DNA of 64,000 bases, from the NCBI RefSeq assembly GCF_009914755.1, contig NC_060932.1. One strand, written 5' to 3'. The position numbers and the translations under genes were made by a program. The notes beneath the pieces were generated by a model, which had not been told where the DNA came from, ran no database searches, and was given only the letters and a program-made list of their open reading frames with translations. Positions 41,992-55,514 of this stretch are shown in pieces. The DNA comes from the human T2T-CHM13v2.0 reference genome, Homo sapiens. Position 1 is the stretch's first letter. Each line of letters starts with the position of its first letter.

Positions 41992-42776
41992 TAGCCTCAG
42001 GAGAAATTTGAAGACCAACTGCAAGAACTCTTAAGGAATCTTGTTTGAGAAAATGTTGTTATGTGGTTTGTATGCTACTTTTGGGGGGCAGGGCTCATTT
42101 CAGCAGCCTAAATCTCCTCCTTGGATAATGTTAATATTATTATTATTATTAACAAAAAATATATATTTTTAAAAAGTTCCCTTAATCTATGACATGGTAG
42201 CAATGATTTCCCTTTGGTGTCTTAATGGCATGTCAGATAATTTGTTTTTCCAGAGAAGAGAGCTCAAAGAGGAATTGGGAAAAATAAATTGAACTCTGGA
42301 ATCTTCTCTCTCAAGTCCTAAAATGAACAAACAGATATGATTGTGTTTGAGGGAAATATGTCCCTAGCAGGAAAAGAATTCAAAGAGGTTCAAAGAATAT
42401 GTCACTTACTCCTACTTGCTATAGGAATAACCTTGCTGATAAGAAAAAAAGGGACAATATTGGAGAAACTACCTCTTGTTTAATTGATCTGTCCAACTCT
42501 GAGATCACTTGGTAACTGGTTTCATGTGTATCCAAAAATCAGCATTTGGATTTAAGCTTTCTGAATTTGGTAGTTTAAGAAACAGATTTAGTTTTTCAGT
42601 GGTTTTAACTCATGTGAAATAATGATTTTCCACCAGCTCTGATGCAAAGAGATATAATTTTAATGAACGATTTATCCAGCAGTTTGTTCCAGGGGTTGCC
42701 TCTCCTTATCTACGGGGATTACTTTGTACATGCAGATAAGTTTTCGCAAACCTATTTCCATTTTCTTTTGTAAGCA

Positions 42777-42782
42777 AATAAA
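42777..42782 (+). terminator. Poly(A) signal candidate (short 3' UTR)
   Basis: AATAAA with upstream TGTA (TTTTGTAA) and downstream TGTATGTGG/T-rich element. Confidence 0.6.
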
Positions 42783-44208
42783 ACTTTAAAACAATGTATG
42801 TGGATTCTTTTTCCTGCATTTCTAAGTATCACCTTAAGCTTTTGTAGTCTTAACTGAGTGTCCACCAGAAAGACAACAGTTGTCTTCCTTTAGGTAAGCA
42901 TTCAAACTTTCATTCATTCGTTTACTCACTCACTCATTCATTCATTCTGAGTGCAGTAGAAAACAGAAGAAGCAGTTAACTTGGGACTAAGAGATTAGCG
43001 ACATTTTATTGTTCATTTATAATCTAGCAGGCAGCAAAGACCCTGCAAATGCATGACCTCTGCTAAATAAATGTTTATCAATAGTTGACTGAGGAGCCCA
43101 CCTATCTTCTGATATTGAGGAAAGCCTAAAAACCCCTAGAAGGCAGAGCAGAAATGAGGTTGAATCTAATAGACTCTAACCCTTAAACCATACTTTGTCT
43201 TTTGCTCACAAAGGAAAAATCTAGGTATTTGAGAAAGATTTGAATTCTATTATGTGCTAGTTGAAATAGAAACAAAAGAGAACCATAAATTTAATACGTG
43301 CTCCTTCTCTGTAACATCTCCCTAGTAACAGCTAACTTTAGAAAGTAGGGATGGGATCATTTACAACTAGAAGCTGGATTCTTTCTGGATCAGGAAAAGG
43401 CTAACACGAAGGATGGTGTCTGTCTGATCACCAGGTTCTCTTTCTGTCCTTCTCATAATCTCCTGATCTTTGGAGATGAAAGATCTCCTTTCATCTTCAT
43501 CTGAAGGATTCTTCAGATGATTCATCTTCAGACTTCATCTGAAGGATTCAAACAATCTACTTGTGTGCCTTTGGTGGGGTGGGGCAGGGGCGGGGGGCGG
43601 TTCTAAACAAATCAGTTTTTTTGGTGTCTTTGCAGGGAATGAAAGAAGATAATGAGCAGATAATCAGCAGCCATTTCCTTTCAGTTACGGTATATGATTC
43701 TGCCTGAGAAAGCAGGATTTATGGGAAGGAAAACTTGTCTAAGGCTCATCAAGATGGCCTGACCCAGAGTCACCTAAGAGAACTCTTCCAACTTAAATGA
43801 CTAGGGTGTGTAATCAGTTGCTTCTTATTCTGTGTCTCAGATTTCCTAGTCCATGACATTTAATAGTGAGTATAGAGTAGGATATTCTATACATTTTAGT
43901 ATTTGGCCCTTGGAAACAAAGTTAAATACCATGTCACTCAGAAGACTCTCAAAGTTTGTGTATAAATGGCGAAGTATGCACTATGAGAGATTCTAATCCA
44001 TTCACATCATTCTTGAGTTGTGCAAATACACTTGGCTTTGATTTCACTTGGTGATCTAAATTTGTTTATTTAAGCTGCAAGAAAGTTACATTAATTTGGA
44101 ATGTGTCATCACTTGGACCCAGTATATCAGATTTTTATTGAGTAAAATGTTAAAAATAATAAGTGTAACTCAGATTCTGGATGTTCGAGTTTACAATACA
44201 TTGCCTGT

Positions 44209-44214
44209 AATAAA
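44209..44214 (+). terminator. Poly(A) signal candidate (long 3' UTR)
   Basis: AATAAA with overlapping upstream TGTA and downstream T-rich tract (CATTTTTCTTGACTTACTTT). Confidence 0.65.
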
Positions 44215-44519
44215 AGCTGATTCTGAAGTGCATTTTTCTTGACTTACTTTGGCAGAAATATACTTATATCTTAATTTATAGTTTGTAAGTTTATACTGTT
44301 TTCTAAAAGTAATAAATCATTTCATGAAAAATACATTACTCTTCAGAATTCTCATCACATTTGTTACAAACTCTCCATTTCTTTTGGGAATAGTCATTTT
44401 AGGGTAGTATTTTATATTCCAAAAGACCCCAATTTAATTTTAGAACAACTCTTCCTCTTTTTTTTTTAATTTTTTTACCTCTTCTGCCCCACCCCATCTT
44501 TCCATATCAAATATTACTG

Positions 44520-47500
44520 TGAACCAGGGAGTGTTTTCGTTCTGGGGATAAAACCATCACCAAAAGAGATGTGGGCTCTGTCCTCTTGGGGCATCCTTTC
44601 TGTTGCTGGAAAAAGACAGGAAACGTGAACACATAAGCAAAATTAATTATCAGACAACATCAGATGCGTTCAGGGTGGTATGGCCATAGAAAAATTAATT
44701 ATCAATCATGATGAATATGAAAGACACAGATAAGGTCCTAAGACAGGAATAAGAAAGGAGGAATAAAGGAACATCTGCTTCCATTTGGGTGGGAGGGGCC
44801 CTCTCTGAGGGGCTGACGTTTAAGTAGGGACATGAAGATAAAAGGTGTGGGAGATGAATTCAAGCCCACGGTTTGTCAAGTACAAGGGCCCTTTGTCAGC
44901 AAGGTAGGTGCCGTGTTCAGGGAATTGTAAGCAGACCAGTTGGCAGGAGAGTGAGTGGAAGAGTGAACAAAATAAGGCTGAAGACCAAAGCAAGGGGGAC
45001 TGTATGTGAGAAGTTAGTGATTTGCATTTTATTTTATTAATAAATTTCATTAGAAGCAACTGAGGAGTTGCGAACAGAGGAATGACATGGTCAAGTGTCT
45101 GTTTTAAGTAAGTAAAGGGAAAATTGCTGTTTCATGGAACCACACTGCTGCGTTTATGTTCTGAAGTTGTCACTGTGCAGTTACTTAAGGCCAAGCCTAT
45201 CCCAGGAGCTTCAAAGTTGTATCATTTAGGTTGGGCTAGGCTATACAGTGGTAATAATTCCTAACATCTCAGGAACTTAGCACAATAAACATTTACTTCT
45301 TGCTCACCCAAGAGAGCAGGGCAGCTGTCTGCCACATCTGGGCTCAGTGTTCCACACTACTTCTGCCTTGGACACTTCCATGTCAACGTGCACTCCCGTG
45401 ATCACCAAGGCAAAAGGAGAGAGAACATGGAGACTCATTGCCCCACGCTTCCTTCAGAAGTGACACACATTATTTTCACTCATGGATCTTTGGCCTAAGT
45501 AAATCACATGACCACATTCAATGGGGTGGAGAAGTACAGCCTTCCCATGTGCTAGGAGGCAGAAGAGAACCCGAAATATTGGCAAGAAACAATAAAAGCT
45601 ACCACTTATGTTTTAACTCATTTGAACCTCCCAACAACCCAAGAGCTAGTTCACTATCATCCTGATTTTCCCAGTAAAGAGAGGAAAGCACAAAACGTTA
45701 AATTACTTGCCCAAAGACGCACAGTTAGGATTCACAGAAGCTCTAGCTCAAGATATCCACTCCTAACCTCTGGATTTCTCTGCCTTACATATTGGGGATG
45801 CTTCAATTTTAACGGCAAAAAGGGGTAGAGGTAGGGCTCCTTAAAGTGCAGACCCGTGAACTCTGAAGAATGCCCAAGGATTCTGTGTCAGTTGTCTGAG
45901 TTGAGAACTAGATAGGTGCATTTTCTTATTTTTCAACCAAGCACCTCGGTGATCAGTAAGCCACAGCTCCAGAAACACTATTTTGAGAGCATTCTGGTTG
46001 CATGGTGGAGAATGAGTTGGAGGGGATCATAGCAGATGAGAAAACATTAGTTACACCATTGTAATGAACCAGTGGTAGATAATGGAGAACTGACCTAAGA
46101 TAGCGGAAATAACGGGGCTTATTAATCAACTGGAAATGGAGGCGAGGAAAGGAAAACAGGATAACTCACGTTTCTGGCATAAGCAACTGGGTGGATAGAG
46201 ATAATATTTATCCTGTTGGGAATTACAGATTTGGGGCAATGAAGCTTAAGAGTTCAGTTTACAAGATAAACTGAGCATTAGGTGTCTAACAGGCAAGTTG
46301 GAGCTTGGGAGAAAAAGCAGTGCTAGAGATACATTTAGGAGTCATCAGCATGTAGGGTGTATTTAAAGGCTACAGACTACGGGGTGGGGGTAGGGAAAAT
46401 GAGTGGGCTTATCTGGGGGAATTTCTTGTTTTCCGTTATCCTTTTTTTCATTTTTGTGTCAACAAATTCTCTCCAACTTGGTCATTTATATTTTATTTTT
46501 GAGGAAGTATATTTAAATAGGTATCTTAACAAAATACTTTCCAAACTAGAGCCATAATGAACTTGTGCCTGTTCTCTCTTGTTTCTACATCTTTGACATG
46601 CTTTATCTTCCACATGGAAAGTCCTTCTTCTCTGCCCCACCTTAGTTTAAATGACCTGCTTAAACTCATACTCAACTTTGTAGACACCTGAGGCTCCTCT
46701 TCCTGTGTCAAACCTTTACTAAACTCCACCATGACCATCTTGACAACTATGACACCGCAGCCCCCTTTACCAGCTAACTCTTTGACCTCTCTTCTCCCAT
46801 ACGATGTGCATTCTTTAAGGGGTCTCAGACTGATCAGAGCATGCTTGACTCTTGACAGCTGCTCAACAAATGTTTGTAGAATTCTATTAAGAAGCATTTC
46901 ATCCTAGCGCAGTTTCATCTATATTCTGGGCCAAATCACATACTCTGCTTATAGCAGGAAAACTTTTCTATCAGTATAAGGCAGAAAATTTGGGAGACAG
47001 GAATAACGCCTGGAAGTGAATGATAAGCTTCTATAGCTTTCAAATTCAGATCTAGTAAATGTTCCATAATGTAAGGGAAGTATGTAAGTCTTGTCTTCTG
47101 ATAAATTTATTCATTCATGTGTTCATGTATTCATCCATCTCTCCATGCATGCATGCATCCATCCATCAAACTTTTAATTAGGATCTGGGGTCCATGAGTT
47201 CAGCCATGTGTTGGGGTGCTGGAAAGGAAGAGATGAATAGAGTGACACAGGAGCTCCCTAATTTTCTGCTCTCAGTTGAAGCAGGAAAGATGGCTTGGAG
47301 CAGATTGTGGAAGATCTTCTATCCGATGTTGAGATTTTTATCTGAGGGAACAGGGGCAGTGGATATCTTTAAGCAGATGAGTGACCTGATTAGAGTTATT
47401 ATTTTGGGGTACAATTTTTATAGAATGTACAAGATAGACTGGGGTGGGAAAAGATTGAGGAAAGAAAAAGACATTTAATGAAGACTTCCTATATGTTAGC

Positions 47501-47900
47501 TTCTGTTCTGGGCGCTTCATAGGAAGTTGATTTTTACAAATTAAGGTAGGTATTACCTTTTCTTCTTTTCTTTTTTGCAAATGTTGAAACATGGAAGGTA
47601 AGTAACACACCCAAGGTCACATACATGCACAGAAGAGGCAAAGCAGGGATTCTAACCATTGGTTTGTTCCCAAATTTCACGCAACCTCCCGCATATGTAC
47701 TGTGCTGCCTGCTGCAGTCGTTCAGATGGTGACAGCCTGGACCACAGCACTGCAGTGGACAAAGAGTAGGAAGCACCAGCTTTGAGGACTGTTGAGGAAA
47801 GATTCTGGGCAGAACTTGATGACTGATGGGATCTAGGGTAGTGACATGAGGAAGGAAAGAACGAACGGCTTCATGATTTCAAGTTTGGGAGATTGGTTGA
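44520..47900. mobile_element. Cluster of ancient L2, MIR and MLT1 fragments
   Basis: L2-type purine-rich tracts and (CATT)n/(CCAT)n ends, MIR cores (CCCAAGGTCACA; TTACTTGCCCAAAG), MLT1 motifs at about 45225-45605. Individual limits not resolved. Confidence 0.55.
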
Positions 47901-49740
47901 ATGGTAAGTCCATTAAGGGAGAGATAAATTTGAGAAGAGGAGAGAGAATGATTTGAGAATGACATGTTGGCTTTGAGGTTTTTCTTTTTTGTCTTTTTTT
48001 TTTCTGAGTAAGTACATTATTAGTAGCAGATAGGAACTTAAGAAGGATGAAACAGAAAGGAATGATTTTGGATGTCTAATTAAGCTGTGACAGCAAGACA
48101 AGGATTAATCCCTTTGGGCCTGTCCCCAACAAGAAGCGCTGTTCAAATGCAGAATGGAGGTTTCCAAGTATGAACCAAAATATTTGGTTTAAAAAAAAAA
48201 ACACAACTTTTCACTCTAATTTGATGTGGCATCAGAAACATTAATGGAAAGTGTTCATTTGTGCTAGACAAGCTCAGAGTTTAGAAAACTCCTTTGCCAC
48301 AAAGTCCTGGTTATATCTATACTCTTTAGAATAACTCTATTATCAACAAAAATTAAGTAAATTTTACTTAAATGTTAATGCTTAAAAGTTTTATATTGTT
48401 TGAAAAATATTTTGCAACAAGTATGTGCTCTCAGAAGCTTAAGACTTTATTAGAAAATCATAAAAGATTTTAGAATAAAATTCTGCTTTACAAATAATCT
48501 ATTGCCCTTTAAGTATCATCATTATTATTAATGATCTGGAATGAATGAATAAAAATGAGTCATTGACAGTTAGAAAGATGGTAGGCAATGATAATTTTGA
48601 AAGCAGAATAATGGGCAATAGAGTAAATTCATTATTGGGAGTGTTGGAATGATTTTCTTGTTTAAGTAGCATTTATCAATGCATAAATGCTACTCATGGT
48701 TTAATTTTTCTCTGCATCTTACTATGTAACAAAAAGTATATGCTGGCATAAAAACTACATTTTGTTGTTTGTTTCTTTGTTTAATTTCATTTTATCTTAT
48801 TGATTTTTAAAAATTCATGAATAATGTCATAAAATTCAACTATATTAACCTAACAAAGTAAGTTTTATAATGAAATCTAGAGTAGTAAAAATATATATTG
48901 TAAAATCTAAAATTCTGTATGCTAACAAAGTAAAAGTAACTGAATAAGACAGAAAAGAAAGGTATAATTATTGAAGACATCCATTTTTGGGTGTCCTGTC
49001 ATCTGGCCTAAATTCAGTGAATCCTGATAAAACTGTGTCCTGGTTATGCCCTAATAATTATGTCACAAAATTGTTAACCAGCTCCACTTTCATGATGAGA
49101 AACCAGTATTGTTTGAATGTGTTTAATTACTAAATAGGTGTGTTGGAGATAACTTGACTTTTCAAAAATTGACATATTTTCACTTTACCTGTGTTTTTTT
49201 TCCATATATCTGTTTCGATTACACCTTTGAACTGGAAAATATGGAGGCTGAAGGGACTGAACTCCACAAATAAAGTTCTTTTTACAGACACTCTAGTTAT
49301 CAGATTTGGACACCATACATAGAGTTGCTGCTAACTAAATCTCCCTTGTCACTGGCTGCTTGCTTGTTATTCTTGGAGAGTTGCCAACAAGCGTCATCTC
49401 TGGATTCACTTTCATGTGTGACTGTTTTATCAAACCAGCAGAGAGCCACAACTCTAGAGGCTGTGAGTAACAGAAATGCTTAAAAAGATGGATACAATTC
49501 AAAAGCTGACTGTCCAGGTAGCAGTAACAATTGGTTTGCATTTTTCAGCTTTGGGGCAGTTTACTTTTCTTCCTAGATATCTAACTATTGTCTATATCCA
49601 TGGGTGATTTCTGAAGGAACTGGAGCTACACTTGCATGGCTGCAGATAGCTTTCAATAAGAGGAGCATTGAAATGGAATAAAAGTTACCATTAACTCAAC
49701 AGCCCATCCACCCAGGAGGTTGGCAGCGTGGAAATAGGCT

Positions 49741-50100
49741 TGTATTAGTCTGTTCTCACATTGCTAATAAAGACATACTCGAGACTGGGTAATTTATAAA
49801 GGAAAAAAGTTTAATGGACTCACAGTCCACATAGCTGTAGAGGCCTCACAATCATGTCAGAAGGCAAAGGAGAAGCAAAGCACATCATACATGGTGGCAG
49901 GCAAGAGAGTGTGCAGGGGAATTCCCCTTTACAAAACCGTCAGATCTCGTGAGACTTATTCACTATCACGAGAACAGCCTGGGAAAGACCCTCCCCTATG
50001 ATTCAATTACCTCCCACCAGGTTCCTCCCATGACACATGAGAATTATGGGAGCTACAATTCAAGATGAGATTTGGGTGGGGACACAGCCAAACCATATCA
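49741..50100 (-). mobile_element. THE1 solo LTR (MaLR)
   Basis: TGTATTAGTCTGTTCTCAC...GGGACACAGCCAAACCATATCA; TSD AGGCT/AGGTT (one mismatch). Confidence 0.93.
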
Positions 50101-50938
50101 AGGTTGATGGTTTCTGCTTTCATATTTCTAGATAGTGAACAAAGACCTTTCTGGTGACTAGAAAGACTGTGGCTTGTATACGATTTCTGAATCTTAACAT
50201 TTACTCATTAAAAAAATTTATGCCTATCAAAGCAAGAACTGAGTGCAGCAAAATCAGATGTGTTTGGAAACAATCACCTGCTTTATTACTTTATTTTATT
50301 ATAGGTTAGGGACCTATATTGGTTTGTAGTTGTTGATGCATTATTTCTTTAACTCATTAAAATCTGGAGTTCTCGTCTCCCTAAATCTGGTGTCAGCAAA
50401 CAGACAATTCTATCTAGTTCACAGATAATTTCTTATTGCCTGCTGTGTCAAAGACTGGCTAGCTAGAACCAAATTTATTTTCTCTTCTTCTTGGTACAAA
50501 TTAGATTCTCATTTCTCAGAGTCCCTCAGTATGGCTACATGACAAGTTCTTACCAATGAACTCTGTGACTTCTGACTCACGGAGGTTAGGAAGTGTGGAT
50601 GTCTTCTCTGCCTGCTGCTTCCCACTTGCCTCCTGAATGCTGAGGACTCCAAGGTCTTATAGGAGGGTAGGGCCATAGGATGGAAGGTGTTTGGGTCCCT
50701 GAATGATTTTGTGGAAGGCCAGTGACTGATCAGGAACACCTGCTTTGTATTGTTACATAAACAAGGAATAAACTTTTATTATGTAACAACTCAGAAGTGT
50801 GTGTGGGTTATATTAGCTAGCACGACTGTAACTAATAAAGCTGCCCTCACTCATGCAACAAACATTTACTATGTATCTACTGTGTGCCAAGCAGTCTTGT
50901 AGATGTTTCCATGAGCCAGGCACTGTCCTGGGTGTATG

Positions 50939-50976
50939 CAACAACAACAACAACAACAACAACAGCAACAACAACA
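50939..50976. repeat. (AAC)n microsatellite
   Basis: About 12 AAC units with one AGC interruption. Confidence 0.93.
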
Positions 50977-52313
50977 AGACACATTCTCTGCTCTCAATAG
51001 GCTCAACTGGTAATGGAGGGGCTAGCAATTATAACACAATAAGGAAATAATTATAATGGGCTTATGCACAGTGAATAGAGATAATAAGGGAGAAGAAATA
51101 CTTAAGGATGCCTGGAAGAACTGAGATGTATGAGACATGGTAGAAATAGACTGGATGGAGGGGAGCTAGATGAAGTTGTTCTAAGTATTAAAAAAAAAAA
51201 GGCATGGAGACTGAGAGCATAATTGTTTGGGAATCACCAGTGTTTAAGACAGACTGGAATGTAAAGTCCAAAAATAGGAGTGGATGGAGATGAGGATGGA
51301 AAGGTGAGATTAGAAAAATCTTAGAGACCCTTATAGGTCTTGCTAAGGTATGTGGATTTTAGACCAGGTGATGGGAATAACTAAGTATTTTGGTTTGAGA
51401 ATGACATGAGGAGACCTCTATGTTAGAAATATCTGCCTAGCTTCAACATGTGCATGAACTAGAGCCTGGCTCAGCTTGGTTCTTTTGAAATTAAGACATG
51501 AAACAAGGATTTCAGGGAAGACAGTTTATTTGAAAAGTGACTAAAGGAAATAGCAGTGAGGGAGCAGCACAAATGAGACAGGGAACAAGGAAAAGCCAAC
51601 CTAAAGGTGCATTATCAGCAGCAGCTATAGGCAGTGGGGATTCAATTCTACCTTGACTTCTGAGAAGTGAGAAGATCCTTCTTAGAACTGTCCCCTAGAG
51701 GATGGGAGGTTGAAGCTTTCCTTCACTGATTCCTGAATCCTTGTGGTTGAGCCTTGTTTCTCAGGGTGTTAACTTTCAATCTCGGAGGCTGTCTTGGCAT
51801 GAGTACCCTGAGACAGAACCCAGAAGCTCCTTGCATATGCATGAGACATGAGCACCTGCCAGTGCCAGTGAGTCTGCTGCACTCTCACCACTGTCCGCCG
51901 TGGCTCTGGGTAATGTCATAGTAAGCAGAAGGGATCTGTAACAACAGAGTAGAAATTAAAGTTCAAGAGAACCGTCTAGGAGCTTATTACAATTGCCCAA
52001 TTTATCATGTACATTTGAACTATGGGAACGTATTTATGGAGCAGTAGCTATATATTTCTGGAATGCTTTGGGGTCTTGAAACACCAGCTTGAGCTTGTAC
52101 TCTAGTGGGAATGACAGAAAATAAACAATAAACCCAGTAAGTAAGTAAATGGTATACTGTATAGGCAAGATGTAGGTGTTATGGAAAAATAAAGGTAAGA
52201 GGATTGGGAGAGTTGAGGGTGAGAAGGCGAGGGCTCTAGTTTTAAATGAGGTGGTCAGGGTAGGATTCAAGCAAAGACTTGAAGGAGATGAGGAAGTAAG
52301 CCATGAGTCTATA

Positions 52314-52629
52314 CTGTCATGCATCACTTCATGATGGGGATACATTCTGAGATATGCTTTGTTAGGCAATTTTGTCCTGCATAAACATACAGTGTACTTA
52401 AACAAACCTAGGCGGTCCAGCCTACTACACATCTAGGCTATGGTATAGCCTATTGGTCCTAGGCTACAAACCTGTTACTGAATACCGCAGGCAATTGTAA
52501 CACAGTGGCATCTAAACATGTCTAAATGTAGAAAAGGTACCATAAAGATGGGGTATTATAATATTATAGGACCACCATCTTACAGGGTGTCTGTCTTTGA
52601 CCAATATGTCATCATGTGGCACATGACCA
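52314..52629 (+). mobile_element. Tigger3a-like non-autonomous DNA transposon (TcMar-Tigger) inserted in an L2
   Basis: TA flanks; decayed TIRs CTGTCATGCATCAC...GTGGCACATGACCA; internal CCTAGGCTACAAACCTGT and GGCAATTGTAACACA motifs. Confidence 0.85.
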
Positions 52630-53322
52630 TATATCAAAGAAGAACATTCTAGGCAGAGGAAAAGGGAAGAGCATGGCCCCCATGATGGGAGGATACCCAG
52701 GCTGTTCCAGGAACAGCAAAGATTAGTATGGCAAAGAAGGGGCAGATGGAGAATTGTAGGAGATGGAATTAGAGAGGTACTGGGATCCAGGTAATATATT
52801 GAACTGTAGGCCATTGAATAAATACTGGCAGCCTCTTCCATGCTATGTAAATGCCTCCCAAGCTCTTGACTTTGACTTACCTTGGCCTATAGAATGTTAA
52901 TGTACACAACACAAGCAGAGGGCTAAAATATGCTTGCACAGTTAGGCTTACTTTCTTGTGTTTTTGCCTTTCACCCTGAGAACATGCCTCAGGTAGCCAA
53001 TGGCCCAAGGATAGCCAGGGACATGTGGATTAGACCTGGACCCAACCTCCAGTTTGGAGGCAAGCCCAGTTGAGGCCAGCTATGGAAATCAACTGATTTT
53101 TAGCCATCTGTCACACACAAGCAAAATATATATATATATATAATTTTGGGGTGGTGTTATGGAGAATTACTGTGGTAATAATAGCTGAGAAATCTCACAC
53201 TTAACATTTACTAATATAACTTATATATAACTTATATTTAATATAACTTACAGGTTATGTTTGTTATCCACCTCCCTTCACTAGAATGTACCTCCATGAC
53301 AGCAGAAAAATTTGTTTTATTC

Positions 53323-53329
53323 ATATATA

Positions 53330-53391
<62 letters not shown>
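53323..53391. repeat. (TA)n microsatellite
   Basis: About 27 uninterrupted TA units preceded by a shorter TA run. Confidence 0.97.
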
Positions 53392-53393
<2 letters not shown>

Positions 53394-55514
53394 AGCATCT
53401 AGAATAGTTTCTGGGACATAACTATTAGCTAAATGAATGAAATACATAATAGCAGCTGACCCCTTGTTAATATAGACTGCAGAGTTGGCTGTTTAATCAC
53501 TGCTCCCAAGGTTTAGACTTCTGGATCAAATTTTCTGAAGAATACACATATTCATATTTGCCCATGATTTACTGGCTCTGCATATACATCATGCTGCTAA
53601 CAGTGCACCAGTAGTAAAATAACTGGTAATACTCTTCTCACAAGTCATACAAATATTTTCTTTGGACAATGTGAATTTGCCAAAAAGTAAAAGATGCTTC
53701 ACATTCAGAATTTCCTCCAAATAACCAGTCTTTTTAATTTTGTGATTGCCAAAGAAGACGCCAAATGACATCGTAATTTCAAAGTATTGATTCTAAATAA
53801 TTTTCGTTGATGAGCTAGAGCATCTATAAAGCACAGGTGTCCAACCACAAACGGAATGGTCTTCTAGTAGCCAGCGTTTGCAAGATTTTAATAGGTATTA
53901 ACTTTGGAATTGAAAAGTGAATGTGGAGTTTAGTTTTGAGGTCAAGATTTGTTTGAAATCAAGGAGTTTCTCATGAACCAAATGGCACTAATAGAAATGT
54001 GTGTGTCTTTCAGAGGTCCTGTTGATGCCATCTTCATGTGGAAAATATATCCTACCCTCCCGGGCAGCTAGTCTAGTAAAAGTTGGCTTTCAGGTGGAGT
54101 TGACTGTCTGTTATATTGGTAGCCAATCTCAGATTCACATTCTTCCAAGGTGAAGACCTGAGCAGTAGTGATGCTGCAAAACTACTCAACTCTTACTTTA
54201 GAATTTTGGACAGAGTGGGAGAAATACCATTTCTCTGCAAGACCTTGTATTTAAGTTGAAATGGAGCCTTAATATCTGTCTTGGAAAGATCAGACTTTCT
54301 TAAACAGAGTTCTATCCAATTCAAACTCCACGTTGTAGAGATTGGCAGTACAATCTCTCCTGGGGCTTCTAAGCTTTGTAGACTCAAACCTTGCTACGTG
54401 TTCCACGGGGAAATTTTTAGCTAGAAGAGGCCTGCACATTTAATGTTTTTCTTGGCTGAATGTGGTACTGACCCTCTTTTCCAAGAGAAGGTAGGAAAAC
54501 AAATTAGTCAATGGCAGCACAGAAAAAAGATAAGCCATATGCATAGTGACAGAGTCTAGATCGTGCTTGGAGGGAATTAGCGATAAAGGAGAGGAACTAT
54601 AGTAGAAATCTGGTAAAAACTACAATTTACATGAATGTTTTTAAAGCTTCCTTTATCCACATTAAACCTTACAAGTAAACGGAAGCTTTGCTCTTCAATC
54701 AGTTTTAAAGACGGCAGCATTAGTTCATTACTGCTGGCACATGGCCCAGTTTGCCTAAATGAAGAGACTTTTATAAATCTCACCTGTTATAGTTCTTGGT
54801 AGTTATCTTGCTAATTAAGAGTAAGGATTAGGATCAGGAAATGATGGAAACCTGGGCAAAGGATGATTGTAGAGACCTAGTTTAAAACCCAGCTTTATCT
54901 TGGCCCACCTGCTAGGTCTTAATGGAACCTCTGAGATATTCTATGCCTGGAGATAAGAACAGAATCTGCCAATAGTGTCACTATGCCCACTCAAGAGGCA
55001 TTACAGTGAGGTGCTCCCTACTCCAATCCAGGCATGACAAAGGGATTGCACCAGACTTATTAGTATAGTATTTCCCATGTGGCTCTGTTGCTGGGGTTGG
55101 GGAAATGTGACCCGTTAGGACTCTGGAGAGGAGTCAGAGCGGCAGAAGGATGTGCTGAACCAATAATTACAGTGAGTACAGTTGTTTGTCCTGTAATGTG
55201 ATATATGCATTTCTAAAAATAATGCCTGTGTAATGGAATTTTGAGTTCCAAAAATAACAGGGCTTACGGGAAAAGATGGAATTGGGGCAGAAACATCAAA
55301 ACTTGTAGTCTTATAAAGCTACCACAATTCTAAACATCGCAAATTCCTAATAAATAAAGGAATACTACAGTAAATATAGGACACAATTTTGACAGGATAT
55401 GAAATTTGCTTGGTGCAGGTATTTATAGTGAAGGATTGTGGCTTTGAACTATAAGGAGTAGCCTCGTGAACTATGGGAAATTTCTACCTTTGTGGAAGAA
55501 AGATCATAGTTTTT

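Larger units (their letters stand above)
41992..44240 (+). other. COL14A1: COL14A1 3' UTR (end approximate; tandem poly(A) sites)
   Basis: Repeat-poor AT-rich sequence after the stop; AATAAA at 42283, 42777, 43066, 44209 and 44311. Confidence 0.7.

Noticed and set aside
50813-51050. Poly-Leu / poly-Asn ORFs
   Set aside because: Produced by the (AAC)n microsatellite within ancient repeat sequence.
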